A stretch of DNA of 64,000 bases from positions 620,001-684,000 of the forward strand of contig NEEC01000020.1 in NCBI GenBank assembly GCA_002189035.1. The letters run 5' to 3'. Positions 48,015 to 62,489 of the stretch are shown here, one piece after another (position 1 is the first letter of the stretch; each line of letters opens with the position of its first letter). This DNA comes from Utricularia gibba. Lineage: Eukaryota; Plantae; Magnoliophyta. Made by a program: the position numbers and the translations under genes. Below the pieces are notes generated by a model, which did not search any database, had not been told where the DNA came from, and saw nothing but the letters and a program-made list of their open reading frames with translations.

Positions 48015-49892
48015 ATGATGCAAGATCCCAACTCCAAGGAACCCCGATCCCACGCGCCGCCGCATTACGGCGCAATGCGGGCAGGCCACCACCGGCGAGC
48101 CCACTCCGAGTTCAACTTCCGCCTACCGGAAGACGTAGATCTGGGGTCCGCGCAGTTGGATGAGCCCGCTGGGAGTTTCGAGGAGATGGGATCCGAGGAT
48201 GATCTGCTCTCCACCTACATGGACATCGAGACGCTCTGCGGTGGATCTGGGTTCGCCGATTCGGGCTCCGACAATGTGGGCTGCGGCGGGTCCGCCCCCG
48301 AGAGAGACAAGCGCGGGGGAATCAGGCCGCGGCATCGGTACAGCAACTCGGTGGACGGGTCGAGCTTGCTGTTGGGCGAGAGCACTAGCAGCATCGAGGC
48401 AAAGAAAGCTATGCCTCCCGATAAGCTCGCCGAGCTATGGACGATCGACCCCAAACGCGCCAAAAGGTTCCAATTCTCTTCCCCAATTCGAGATTCCTTC
48501 TGGGTCGAAATCTCCAATCGAATCCCGTATTCACAAGCTCATCAAATTGTTCAGGATTTTGGCGAACCGCCATTCTGCTGCCCGTTCCAAGGAAAGGAAA
48601 GTGCGCTACATATCGGAGCTGGAGAGGAAGGTTCAGACCCTCCAGGCGGAGGCCACAACCTTATCTGCTCAGCTCACCCTCTTCCAGGTTCTTCTTCAAA
48701 CCACCGCTTTCAATTTTACAGAGAATCGATCAATTTTTTAAAACCCTAATCAAACCAGGTTTGTTACCTAATTTAAACCACTCTAAACTATCTAAAAAAA
48801 CAGGATGTGTAGATCATTTACAATTTGGATAATCCTCAGATAGATAGATATATATAGATATATATATTCAATTTTTACCCTATAAAAGATTGAATTGAAT
48901 GTATAATTATGGAATTAAACTAACATTTATAATTAACTAGAGTCAATTTTAATTCGATATAACTGTTTTTATTTTTAAAATTTATATCAAATTTTATTTT
49001 ACTAGAATTAATTTTTATAAATAGTTTAAGTTTATAAAAATAATGAGATTTTTTTGTATAATAATTGATTTTTTATAATTAATTCTAATATTGAAATTAT
49101 ATTGTATATCTATTTTTATAAAGAATAGTATAAATAATTTAGCTAACTTAAATTATAATTTTATTATAAATATCTTTAAATCAAAATAATGTTTTTATAA
49201 TACAAATAATGTACAAAATATATATTTTTAAATTTATAGCTTATAATTATTAATAATTATGAATAAACATATAATTTAATTATTAAAATCAATTTTTGTT
49301 TTTTACAATTAAACATAAATTTATTATATAATAATTGCTATATAAAATAATTTTAAATATATATAAATTATTATTCTATTTAAATTTTTAATTTTGCGAA
49401 AATCAATTATACATTACTTTTTCCAAATGAAATTTAAAAATAAAAGAATTAGAAAATGTAATGTACAATGGCAGAGAGACACGAGAGGGCTGAGCAAGGA
49501 GAACACGGGGCTGAAGCTCCGGCTACAGGCAATGGAGCAGCAAGCGCAGCTGCGAGATGGTAAGCTACCCGCAATCTGATACTTGCTTTTTCTGTTCACT
49601 GTGAACCGCAGTCTTCCATCTTCTTCCTACAGCTCTGAATGAAGCACTCAAGCAGGAGGTAGAGAGGCTGCGGATCGCCACCGGAGAAGCGTCCCACGGC
49701 CCGGACCCCTTTACTTTCGCACCGTACAATCAGCCGGGCAACTTCCCGTCGCAGCCGAGTGACGGTACCTCCACGGCGGCGGCGGTTTCGTCGCGTCAAC
49801 ATGACGCGCTGGGGCGGTTCCGAGCCCTGGGTATCGGCAATACTGGTGAGGAGGCGTCGGTGTCCGCCATGGAAAGCGGCACCACGTTCTGA
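48015..49892 (+). CDS. Group I bZIP transcription factor (RF2b/bZIP18-like), 4 exons
   Basis: [56 protein letters not shown]|[15 protein letters not shown], and LRD|[18 protein letters not shown]. Confidence 0.92.
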
Positions 49893-51239
49893 TGCTCTAA
49901 TTGTTGATAGAATGACAGGCACGGCGTTTAACAGGAAGAAGCTTGGTGGCTTCTTATTCTTTCCATTGCATTTGATTGTTTACTCTGTTCATGGCTGTCA
50001 TCCCTTCTTCTGATCTTCATGGACTCTGTAAATGGCCCTTTTTTTCTCGTACGCCTCCCAGCCTTTCATTTCACTTAGAATCAGAATTCGAAATGATCGT
50101 AGAATACCTGCGTCGCCCTCCTGGTCTCCGTGCGCCTCGTATTTGGATGTTAAGGTGGAGTGGGGGTTAGGTTCAAATTTTGTAAAAAAATGAAACTGTT
50201 CACAATGTCATGAACTAGTTTTGAGAGGAAATTCTTTATCACACCAACACTTGGAACAATTGGAGAGATAATTTCAAGTTCTTCCCAACTTTATACTGTA
50301 GTATATCATTTCATTTACACATCATCATTTATTTTTATTTTTGTACGAAAATTCATATAAATACATACTTTTCTAAAATATATATATATTTAATCATATT
50401 TTATATTGAAAATTTTAAATATAATATATTGTAATATAATTATATTACAATATTTATATTAATCAATAAATTAAAACATAACAATTAAATATATGCAAAA
50501 CTTATGCAATAAAATATTTAATAAATGCATAACCAATATTATTCGAATTAAAATTCCAAAGTCTCGAAAACACATTCTCAAAAATATCTAAAATTGAAAT
50601 TAATCAACTCTTAATTTTCTCTTCGAATGTATATCCATTAAGCTGCTTGAAAATGGTGTTGATTTAGCATGACCTCTAGTATTCACTCTTTTTGCTAGAT
50701 TGTGAATAAAATCAAATGAAGATGCACCTCATCCACTCTCAGGAATTAATGGATTAAATTGACTTTTGTATATTTTCGCAAAGATCTTCACTTGATAATA
50801 TTTTGAAATATAAGAACTTGCATCTTCATTGAATTTCTTGTACACTTAAGAGAGGAATAAAATTAATAACTATTATGATATTACAAATAACATGATATAT
50901 CAAAAGATAATTCTTACCTGAATAGCATTTGAACATGGAATAGTTTTTTGTTGCTACTTTCCACAAATACATGTCAATTTTATCAAACAAATAATATAAT
51001 AATGTTTTTTTTTCTAGAATTTTTGCTTCGAGACATCACATTGTTACTCATTTTATCTACGTTCTATTTCTTGATCCTGTAATTGGTTGATTTGTCATCA
51101 CATTTCCTATAAACAAATAGTGAATATGGAGTAAGCAATTGACCCCTTTCTATGAGTAAATCCATCTTCGTTTTACTATACACATCTCTCAAAAGTAGCC
51201 TCAACAAGAGTTTTTGGATGTAATCTTCGTGTCCCATGT

Positions 51240-53297
51240 AAAACACTTTTTAATGATTCAACAATACTTGTGGTATGGACACCACATCTACAAAAATAAG
51301 AAATATAAAGTTAATATAATAATAATATGAATAAAATTATTCCATTTAGAGTTAACTAATGTTATCATCATATGATAATGTTCATCGCTTTGGATCGATT
51401 TCATGGAGATACTCAAATACTACTTCATTCTTATTTCTGATTTTCTACATAGCTATTTGAAACTTTTCTTTTTTTGAACTCAAGGCAGTTTCCCAAAATA
51501 AATTAACTAAATGTTTTGACCTGAAATGATATATGAAATTTGGAAATAGATGTTGCATACAAAATCTGTAATCTACTGTAGGCTCATTGAAAGCAGGTAT
51601 AGCCTTAATCGCAGATAATAATCCTGCACCACGATCAGTTACTAGACAAATACGACGTCCTTTCACGATATGCTTAACCAAAAGGTTAAAAAACCAACAA
51701 CATGATTCATAAGATTCTTCCTCAACAATAGCAAATGCAAGTGGAATTATAGTGTGGTCACCATCAATTGTGCATGCTATTAGAAGGTGATATCTATATC
51801 CTGCATATAGATGTGTTTCATCAACAATAATAACCGGACGACAATACCTAAAAGCATGGACGCATGATCCAAAAGCCCAAAATATATGGTGTAGCATTTG
51901 CTTGCCATCATGAGAACGAAGATTCTCATATTCAAATATAGTATCTGTGATAAAATAAATATGTTAGTAAACAAATATCAATATTTGTAAAATAATAAAA
52001 ATGAATTACCTGGGTTAGATTCCTTAATAGATAACAAATAAGAATGAAGCTTTGTCACCGATTCTTCCCAAGTACCATACATATGCATCATAGCACGCCT
52101 AATAACAGTCCATCCAAGCTTATATGATATCTTGAAATGATAAATTTCATCAATATCATCAATAACATCAGAAACACAAATCCTTGAATTCGCTTTAACC
52201 TTGTTCATGATATGAAGAGACACAAATTTACTAGTAATGCTATCATTTCTAGCAGTTCTGGAACTGCTAGAAAAGCAAGTATGAGGCCCCTCGTATTGTG
52301 TCACAGTCCAAAACTGAGTGATACTGCTATTCCATACCTTTACACACCATTTATTGCATTTCGGTTGATATAATTTATTTCATACTACTTGTTGTTGGTC
52401 TTCTCAACATGAAAAGGTCTTTTTCAGCTTCGTGATACAATAATAATTCAATGCTTCCTTTATTGAAGTTTTATCTTTAAAGAAAACCTCCTTGCATGGA
52501 TCACCGCTTGTCCCATCAAAGAAGTTTAAAATCTTCTAAAATTCAATTGCTGTTGGAATTTCCATTGACACATCGTTTTCATAAAACCTGTCTTCTATTT
52601 GTTCATCATCATCATCACTTGAAGAAAGTGGAGATGGAATTACTTCTTGCATCATTTCGTTTTTAGCTTGCTCAATAGCATTTTCCTCACATAAATGATC
52701 CAAATCCCATAATATATCTTCATCACAAGGTGATTCTGGTGATGAAGAATTGTGATATGTTGATGAAGTGCATGGATTATTATGAATAGTTGATATTTCT
52801 CCAACACTAATTAGAAATAAAACATAAAATATATCATTAACACAATTTAATCATATGAATTCAAAAAAATATCCTAAATGTAATTTAAAACTAATAATAA
52901 TAAATGTTATTTGAAAAAAAAAATACATACCAGTGTGTTGTTGAATGATCAAATTCATGAAGTTTGGAGTTGCACTAATATACATATCAACACTTGAAAC
53001 CATACGACTTTGATTAAAAATCAAAGACAAACTATCATCCGTTTGATCAAGAGGATGGCAGTATCTCTTAAAACCCATTGTTGAATCCATAGCAACATAA
53101 TTCACAATGATGGTAATAGAATACTCAGTTGAAGATAGTTGCATAACTTCATAAATCAATGACTATAGCATGAATATTGAGGTATCTTGAGCAACCCAAG
53201 CAGAAAATCATGGTGGTGAATCATACCACATACTAGTGTTTCCATAAAACAAGTTATCTCTCTAGTACAATCGGATCTCAATTGGAGAGGAAGCCAT
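51240..53297 (-). mobile_element. MuDR/Mutator-like transposase pseudogene
   Basis: MULE domain: IFWAFGSCVHAFRYCRPVIIVDETHL...LAFAIVEEES...WFF...LVTDRGAGL...RFCMQHL, with upstream WTVTQYEGPHTC. Multiple stops and frameshifts. Confidence 0.9.
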
Positions 53298-53377
53298 TGA
53301 AATTGTAAGAGGAAGAAAAGGGGAAAGAATGATGATATGAAATGTGTGTTTCATTATATACTTCATTTTTTCATTGT

Positions 53378-53825
53378 GAATTGAAAAAAAGACAAATTAA
53401 TTTAATATTACACCAAACTTTTTCAGAATTTTAATTTTAAAGTTTGAACATGTCAGTATCACATATGTACTATTGCTTCATTTTTGAATTTTGAATTGAA
53501 AAAAATACAAATGAATTTAATATTACATCAAAAATTTTCAGAATTTTAATGTAAAAAAATCTAAACATGTTAGTATCACATGTGTAATATTGTTTCGTTT
53601 TTTAATTTTGAATTAAAAAAACAAATTAATTTAATGTTATAGCACACTTTTTTCATAATTTTAATTCTATTTATGAACATGTCAATATCACATGTGTACT
53701 ATTGATTTATTTTTTTAATTTTGAATTGGAAAAAAGATAAATTAATATAATGTTACATCAAATTTTTTACAGAATTTTAATGCTAAAATCTGAATATGTC
53801 AATATCAAGTATGTATTATTGTACT
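53378..53825. repeat. ~116-bp tandem repeat, about 4 copies, upstream of the MuDR relic
   Basis: Unit gaattgaaaaaaa.acaaattaatttaatattaca...cagaattttaat...aacatgtcagtatcacatgtgtactattg. Confidence 0.9.
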
Positions 53826-54556
53826 GAACAAATTGATTATAATATAATATAAAAAGAAATAAATATATTATATTATTTATTTGAATTTTCACGTAAAATA
53901 TAAATATAAAATATTGATTGAATTTTGGTATAAAAATTAAATAAAAAATGATGATGTGAAAATAAAATGGAACACTAGAGTACAATGTTGGATATAACTT
54001 GGAATTCTCTCTCAAAGTGTTGTTGTGATAAGTAATTTGCACCTAGCTTTGGTTTTAAATTTGATAAAATTTTATTTTAAAGATTTTCATATTCGTATTT
54101 AAAATTTGATGAATCGGATGATATTATGTTAGTATTATATCGTATTTACATTTCATATATTCAAATTTATGATAATTAAATTATATTCATATTTGTATAA
54201 TTTAAATTAATGAGTGTTATATTATATTTTGTGTGATATATAGTATAACGACATTATAATCAAAATTTGTTAGTTATATAATATTAGGGATTAAATATAT
54301 AATTTTATAAGTTTAGAATTAATTTACTTATACAAAATAAATTGAAAAGCTTATGACATAATTTTGAAATTTAAAAATTCAATATTGATTATAATTTGAA
54401 ATGACATCAAACTACATCCACTAATATATAAAAGTCACTATAACAAAAGTAATTGCAAAAGAGCTCCCATAGAAATTGCATATGGACCCCAGATTCTTTA
54501 AAAACTAAAAAGTACCACTGGGATGAGGAAAAATATTAACAAAAGAAGCGCACATT

Positions 54557-56244
54557 TCACGCATCTTCACGTTTAGGCACCGCTGCAACCCTGAATTTAC
54601 TCAAAAGCCCCTTACCGAAATCCCAGAGATGCAAAATGATGTAACTCCCAATCCCACCAATCAAACCGTACGCAATCGAATAAGTCAACGGCATCAAAAT
54701 CATAGTCAAGAACGCCGGAATCGCTTGGCTCATGTCCCCCACTCCACCTCCGCCGCCGCCTTCATCATCATCACCGCCACCAGAATCAACGGCGGCCCCA
54801 CCGCCCACGGTGGGATCGACGCCAGCAACGGTGTCAGGAAGAGCGCGAGTATGAAATACGCGCCGGCGGTTAAAGCCGTTATCCCCGTCCTCCCCCCTTC
54901 CCTTATCCCTGTTGATGATTCGATGAAGGCTGTCACGGTCGACGTGCCCAGTAATGATCCGACGACGATCGACGAAGCGTCTGCTATGAAAGCGAAATAC
55001 TGGCCTTCGAAATCGCCGTTGGCGTCGGTGAAGCCGGCGAAATTGGCCATGGAGTAAAGAGTTCCGGTGGTGTCGAGGATATCTACGTAGAGAAATGAAA
55101 TCACGGCCTCCCAGAAGGGGGCTTTTGCTATTTCCACGAAGCTCAGGGCGCCGGCGGTGGTGCGGATGCGGTGGACGTCGACGACTTTTTTGAAGTAATT
55201 GTAGGCGGAATCCCCGCCGGGAGTGTTCGGGAACGCCGTAACGGCGGTCCCTCTGAACCACGAGACCGCCGTGACGAAAACGATGCCGTATATCATTGCT
55301 CCTTTGATATTTTTCACCAAGCAATACGAAATAATTACGAATCCCACCACTCCAAGCCACAGCGTTGGGCTCATCATTCGTCCCTGCAAACAGAGTATGT
55401 CGCCAGAGACATCGCCGCCGGGGATTAACGCGACTGTGCCGTTCGCCAACCTCATAATCGGCGCCACCGCGGCCCTGGCGGAGCTAGGGCAACCTCCCAG
55501 CGTAATTAAAGTCGATGAGCTGTATCCGATCAGCCCGATTCCTTGATTGTTTTGAAGTCCAATGAAAGCTAGAAACAATCCGATTCCGGCGGAAGAAGAT
55601 ATTCTCACCGGTCTAGGTATCAATTTCGCGAGCTTCGCTCGGAGACCGACGGCGGAAATGAACACAAAGATCATTCCCTCGACAAAAATCGCCGCCAAAG
55701 CGCTCCGGTAGGTTAAATTGCCGGAGCCGTGAAATCCGACGATAGAGTAAGCGAAATAGGCGTTAGCGCCCATCCCCGGCGCCAGAGCTAACGGAAGATT
55801 CGCGAATACCCCCATAATGAAACAGCCGACGAAGGACGCCGCCGCAGTGGCGACAATTAAATCCTTCTTGGTTTTCTGTAAACAAGCAGCATAACCAGGA
55901 TTCACAGGAGCAAATTTGCAGGATTCGCTAGGGGAAACAACGGTGATGTTTCCGCCTCTGCAATCGGCGAGAGGAACAACCGGATCAGAGCAAACATCGA
56001 CACAATCCGCGACGGAACAAGTGCCTCCGGAATCGGAGAGTATGGAGGCGTTCACCGCGAGGATGTACGCCATCGTCAGAAACGTGGCTGTCCCTGCTCG
56101 AAGCTCTGTGGTGAAGGTAGTGCGCCGTTCAGTGATCCTGAAGTATTTTCCGATGCGACTCTGCGCGATGCCGGAGTTCAGGCGGTCCAATGGAGATTTC
56201 GCGGCGGTTGACGGCTGAGTGGGAGTGCCTGATTCCATTTCCAT
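54557..56244 (-). CDS. AZG1: Adenine/guanine (purine/cytokinin) permease AZG1, intronless; apparent 1-nt deletion at 54736-54740
   Basis: [59 protein letters not shown]. The C-terminus [24 protein letters not shown] is in another frame. Confidence 0.93.
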
Positions 56245-58556
56245 CAGTCCGAATTCCGAAGAAACTTTTTCCCACCTCGTGGGTCAGCGCCAGCGAGCCC
56301 CTTATACAAATTCCATTATTTTATTCGCATAAATGGATAATATTATTCATCCATTTTACAATAAAAATCATTCCTACACTTTTAAACATAACCATGTATT
56401 TGGAATTATGTTTTTTTAAAGATAAAAAAGCTAAATATGCCTATATTATATACACCTTTTTCTAATAATTATATTATTATTATTAAAAAAATATAGCCAT
56501 TACAACTCCATGCCCACGAACACTGGATGGCTTTCCAACACTTGGAAAGCAGTCATACGAGTCTTTCGGTTCCTTCATACCATCACATCAATGATTGAGA
56601 TTTTTAAGTCACAAATCAATACAATTTTTGAAATTATTTTCTGTCTTTATAGTACTCCATTCAACAATGAACTATTTTATTTAAATATATAATCCAAGTT
56701 TTATATTTAAATATTGATTTCTAGCGGAGTGTTTGATCCAATGAAAGATATAATTTAAGAAGTATTTAGGAAAATTTTTAAAACCTATTTCTAATTTTGA
56801 GAAGTAAAAATAATTTTGTTCTAGAATATTTTTAATTGTAAAGTAATTTTATCAAAAATACTTTTAAAATTATAACTACAAAAATTATTTTTGGAAACGT
56901 AAGAAATTGGTTATTTTTAATTTTTATTTATACTTTTTAAAAATAATTTTAAAAAGTGAAAACAGTTTTCAAAAATTTTCTAGAACACTTCTTTAGATTA
57001 ATTTCATATCGATCACATAAGATATTTTTTCCAAAAGATAATAATATAAAATTATGAAAATTAGATGTTTTAATTGAAAATACCATTGAAACAGAGAATA
57101 AATTATTACGTTTGTTATCATAATCAAACCAATGCATGTAATCAATGCGAGTGCCCTGAGTTTATGATAGAGTGGAAAGGATGTAAACACCTTAAACAAT
57201 TTCATATTAATTATGGATAAAAAAGAGAGAGGTTTTGTATATAAGTATTTTTATTAATATTAAATAAGATCTTATTCTCAAAAGAAATTATAAAAATTAA
57301 ATAATTTTGGAGTTTTTAATATCTTATATTAAAAGAATGTACTCTTACATTAATTTTGGAGTTCCTTTGGTTCGGTATGCTCCCACTCAAGGGAACACCT
57401 TACCCATGAATCGATTTGGAGTATCACGAGTAAGTGGATGTGTTGTTTGGCCAGCTTTCAAGAAAGCAAACTTTAACACATGTATAATTCTTTTGGTAAA
57501 GCGTAAAGAATGCAATGATAATGATCTTTTACCATATTATTTTTATCAAAGTATTTATAAATTCATATTATATTATAATTTCAAAAATTATTAATTTTTT
57601 TAAATGCCCATTTCAGTTATTAAATAAAATTATATTATTAAATTTTACAACTATAATATTATAGTATTTCACAAGATAATTTTATAATATCAAAACTGAT
57701 TGTATTTTAATAATATAAAAACGAGTGCTGGGTTCATAAAGTAAACATTATCTTTATTACTAGGGAATAACCATTATACTCTTTCCAAATTATTGAGACT
57801 GATTTTTCGAATTTCTTGATAATCAAATTGTTTGCACTAATACCAATTTCCACCAGAATTTCGAATATATTTAGAAAAATGATAATTTCGTAATATATTT
57901 ATTATAAAATTAAATAACTATTTTTCTTACTATTTTTTATATTTTAATATTTAAAATATAAACCGTAATGAATGGGGGCACGGTTTCAAGCTTCATTAAA
58001 ACGTCGTTGAAAAAAATAGTAATAAAAAAATTACTTGAGTGTGAAAAGACATTTCTACCCATAAAGTTGGTACTTAATTAAATTATAGTTGTAATTTAAA
58101 ACAAAATATTATATATTTAATACCATCATGTTATTTTATAATGCCAAATGTATATCCAGCATATGCATTTTCTTTATTTTAAAAATACAATATGCATTTT
58201 TTACACCCAGTTATGCATTATTGATGTGTTTACTTCAGAGAAATTGATATATGGAAAATATTTTAATATAAAAATTAGACGGAAAAGGAATATATTTAAT
58301 AAAAAATATTTTAACTTTGCGCCTGAAATAAAGTGCAGGCGTCCGGTCCAATATTCTGTTTATTGGGCTTATGTAGTTGCAGGCCCATTTGATGTTGCTA
58401 ATTTCTGACATCTTGGCGGAAAGACTAATCAACGTGCATCCAGGGAGAGTGGCAATAGCAAAAGCAGTAGTCCTTTGGACCTTTTCTCCCTCTGAATTTT
58501 TCTCGGCGTTTTTTCCTTCACAGCGGAAGCAAATTGAGTAAGAAGGTGCTGTGGCG

Positions 58557-60707
58557 ATGGGTGATCATGTGGCAAGAGGCCAAGATTTTGAGAAGAAAGC
58601 TGATAAGAAGCTTGGTGGCTGGGGTATCTTCGGTTCCAAGTACGAAGACGCCGCCGATTTGCTCGATAAAGCTGCGAATTCATTCAAGCTCGGAAAATCA
58701 TGTAGGTATTCGCGATTGGTGTGATTATTTATGCTTTTATCATAAAATTAGGTCGATGATCGTGTTTTTTGGGGGCACCGATTTTTTGTTTTCTTTGTTT
58801 TTATTTTGTGTGTATTGCATATCTTTAAGATCCTTGTGCTTGTGAAAGATGAATGCGAATGAATAGCTGTCGTTGTCTTTTTTAGTTGACCTCTAAAGGG
58901 ATATTAACTTGTGAGTTAGACCAGCAATTAATGCTTCGATTGGTTTTATCAGGGGACCAGGCTGGATCAGCGTATGCCAAGTTGGCTAATTGTCATTTGA
59001 AGGTATTCTTTCTTGGTGTACCCTTTACTTGTTATCAACTTGGGATTTCATCATTTATTTCGACTTACAGGTTGATAGTAAGCATGAAGCTGCTAGTGCA
59101 TATGCTGATGCAGCACATTGCTATAAAAAGATCAATGTTAAAGGTATCTTTTCATGTATCTTTCTTGGTATTTCTTGTTTTTTATTCAGGAAGTTTTGGA
59201 CATATTTCAAGTCTAAAGTAAAGTAGTAGAAGCATTTGTTTATTTTTCCCTGTTCCCAGAACCGTGGTTTTTTCCTTAGCAGTTCTCATTAGATTAGATG
59301 AGCTGATAGGTATGTATCTATTAACCTACACCACTTTGCAGAGGCTGTATCCTGCCTTGAGCAATGTGTGAATATTTTTATGGAAATTGGACGGCTTAAC
59401 ATGGCTGCTAGGTATTATAAGGTAAAAGCATTATTGGCTCGAACTTGAGTTTTACATGTATATTTTGAAAGAAGAGATTTTCAAGGAAAATGGGTTTTAG
59501 CTTCAACTAATAAAACTTTAAATTTGTTCTTCTCATTGTTCTGTTGCAGGAAATAGCAGAACTTTATGAACAGGAACAGAAACTGGATCAAGCCCTTGAT
59601 TACTATGAGAAAGCTGCTGACCTTTTCCAAAGTGAAGAAGTGACAACAACTGCTAACCAGTGCCGACAAAAAGTTGCACAATTTGCAGCTCAGCTGCAAC
59701 AGTTAGTTTTCGAAATCTCTCTGCACGTTCATGTGTTGATGAAATGAGGCAATATGGATTTGCTTTGATTTTTTTTTTTTTTCTGAGTGACCGTATATTG
59801 CAAATGATACCTTGTCCTTTTGCTATTTCAAAAGTCTATGCAGTGAATAAGTAATGAAATTGTACTGGGGAAATTCACATGTTTTGTTTTTATTTCCTTT
59901 TGCTCCCCCAGGTATCAAAAGTCTATTGATATTTTTGAAGACGTAGCTCGACAGTCTCTCAATAACAACTTACTGAAATATGGCGTGAAAGGGCACCTTC
60001 TTAATGCTGGAATCTGCCAGCTTTGCAAAGACGATTATGTTGCAATATCAAATGCATTAGAGAGATACCAGGTACTACTTAATTCTAAGCAGTTTTTCAG
60101 CTACATATCCCTCAGCCTCCCTGAAACATGCGGTTCTTTATCTGTAGGAGCTGGATCCCACATTTTCTGGAACACGTGAATTCAAATTGCTTTCGGTATG
60201 TCAAAGTCTTTGTGAACTTTTTCTATATAATACATTTTCCATCCAATATCTGCAATATGTATAATCTAAACGTAAAGGGCTGTTAAACAACGCTCGTGTT
60301 CACCGAGTCATATTACCTTCTGCCTTCAGATCCTGAGGATGCAAACTATTTCTCATACTTCTGGTGCCTCCTTCATTAATGATATTTTTCCTAAAACGTG
60401 GTATCCTCACAGGACATAGCATCTGCAATTGATGAGGAGGACGTTGCAAAATTCACAGACGCTGTCAAAGAATACGATAGCATGACCCACCTGGTAACCC
60501 CGTCCTAAAATTGCACCCCTCTCTCCTATAAAGTTGCACACTATTTTTTGCCACCCCCCGGAGAAGAAATGGCGCCCCAACTGTTTCTCACTGTCCAGCA
60601 CAATCTTATCATTCCAACCTTCACAGGATGCTTGGAGGACTACACTTCTGTTGAGAGTGAAAGAAGCACTGAAGGCCAAGGAGATGGAGGAGGATGATCT
60701 TACGTGA
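58557..60707 (+). CDS. ASNAP: Alpha-soluble NSF attachment protein, 9 exons
   Basis: [19 protein letters not shown]...[63 protein letters not shown]-terminus EEDDLT. Confidence 0.96.
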
Positions 60708-61268
60708 GCCCCCCCACCGCACCTCCCTCTCCGCTGCAACCACTGTGAGTCATGATGTTTGGCTTTTGCTTCTTCTGGTTATTGTCTGTGGTGTTGCATG
60801 ATGTTATGTGTCACTGGGACCTCTTCCCTGTCCTATCTTCTCTTTGCTGATTCCATTCATCAGTGCATTTGCATAAAGAAAATCAGTAGTAACAACTGAG
60901 GAGCTTGTCTTAAAGGTAGGTGAGGCATACTTAGGTGGGGGCAGTTTCCGGGTCGGGTCTCTCGTTTTGGATCCGGGTCATCCATATTTCATCCCCTGCA
61001 GCTTCAAATAGAACAAACGGATCATCCATATTCGGGTGGCATATAAAAACATTTTGATTAGGGTTTTTTTAATAATCTCTCGAATTTGACATGATCCTTT
61101 CTATAGTATAAGATATTATTGACTTTTTAATTCTATGAGGTTTCATTAAATTCACTTAATTTCATGATTAGAACAAAAAACTTCGATGTTTAACACTTAG
61201 GTCTAGAAAAAAAAATTAATATTTTACTGAAAAAAAATGATGTAATTATTTTATTTTCGAGTTGGGTC

Positions 61269-61922
61269 TAGAGGTGGGTTCGGTTCGAACCAGAACTGTG
61301 GTTCGAATCGAAACGTCGGTTTCGGTTCCGATTTGGTTCCAGGAGGTGGATGTCCGTACGGTTTCGATTCGATTCGGCAAATTTGGAATTGTGGAATTGA
61401 TGGTTCCGATCCGTGTGTGAACCGTACTGTTCACGGTTCTGAACCAAAACCGTCGGTTGAGAATCAAAAAAAATTTTAAAAAACATAAAAATTAGAAAAA
61501 AATTAAAAAAAAATTTAAAAATTAAATAAATCTATATTATTTTAGACACTGTTTTCAAACATCCATGTGACGTAAATGGGTGACTGGAAAATCTTCTGAA
61601 ACACCCCTTCTCAAACATACTGATGATAGATGTGAGTGTCAAGAAAATGATCTCAGGCCTTCATGACATTCTTACATGAAATCGTACGGTTCATATAGGT
61701 GACTGGAAAACACCTATAAATAGTAATCAATCGGTTCCGATTACGGTTTGGTTCACGATTCTCGATTCCGGTTCCGAACCGAAACCATCCGTACGGTTCC
61801 GGTTTCGATTCGATTCAAAGTTTCATCCGTACGGTTCTGAACCGGAACCGGAACCGGAACTGTTGTCTACAGTGAACTGCGGTTTTGGAACCGATGATTC
61901 GTCGGAACCGAACCCACCTCTA
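61269..61922. mobile_element. Non-autonomous hAT-type DNA transposon (MITE), 654 bp, intact ends
   Basis: Perfect 18-bp TIRs TAGAGGTGGGTTCGGTTC and GAACCGAACCCACCTCTA. 8-bp TSD GTTGGGTC at 61261-61268 and 61923-61930. Subterminal GGTTC/GAACC arrays. Confidence 0.93.
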
Positions 61923-62489
61923 GTTGGGTCGTCCAACCGAACCGTCCGAGCAGTTCGGACTCATCGACAAAAGGGACAATGGTTAACCGGAACCGGTTTT
62001 CAAATGTTCTAACTATTGACTGTCCGGTTAGGTGGATTAGCCGGGTTGACGGTTCCCGTAAAACTCCATTTGATTTGATTATTTTATACATACTATTTTT
62101 CTATACAAAACTAATTCTGAAATTTTAATTTTGTTTATATATTTGATAAGCCAACTATCGATTTTGTTAATATTTCGATATAGTATATATTTCAATGCAC
62201 AAGTAGCTCTACTTTGGTCATCTACTACCGGGAACCAAAACCAAACCACAACAAAGAGTAAGGCATGTTCTTGCTGGTGCATCATTGTGCAGCAAAACTG
62301 CACACACAGGCGCTTGCTCTCCCCATCCCAACAACAAGGTGTTCCAACAACTACCCACAACTCACGGCATTCTTGCTGGATGCATCATGGCAAAGAGAGG
62401 AAGGCTAGCAATGGAATCCCTGCTATTAATTCATATTGGTATCTCCCTGATCCACAAGTTGGATTGATGCATCGAGAGACCAAAAGCCT

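Noticed and set aside
54629-55546. Long antisense or alternate-frame ORFs over AZG1 (likewise over CP12, the TPR gene, PRA1 and the 37.3-kb gene)
   Set aside because: Shadow ORFs expected from GC-rich codon usage; no family motifs.
59144-59341. Possible U12-type intron in alpha-SNAP (donor GTATCTTTT, CTATTAAC near the 3' end), tempting given the nearby U6atac gene
   Set aside because: Both the donor (needs GTATCCTT) and the branch point (needs TCCTTAAC) deviate from consensus. It is best read as an ordinary GT-AG intron, and snRNA proximity has no mechanistic relevance.
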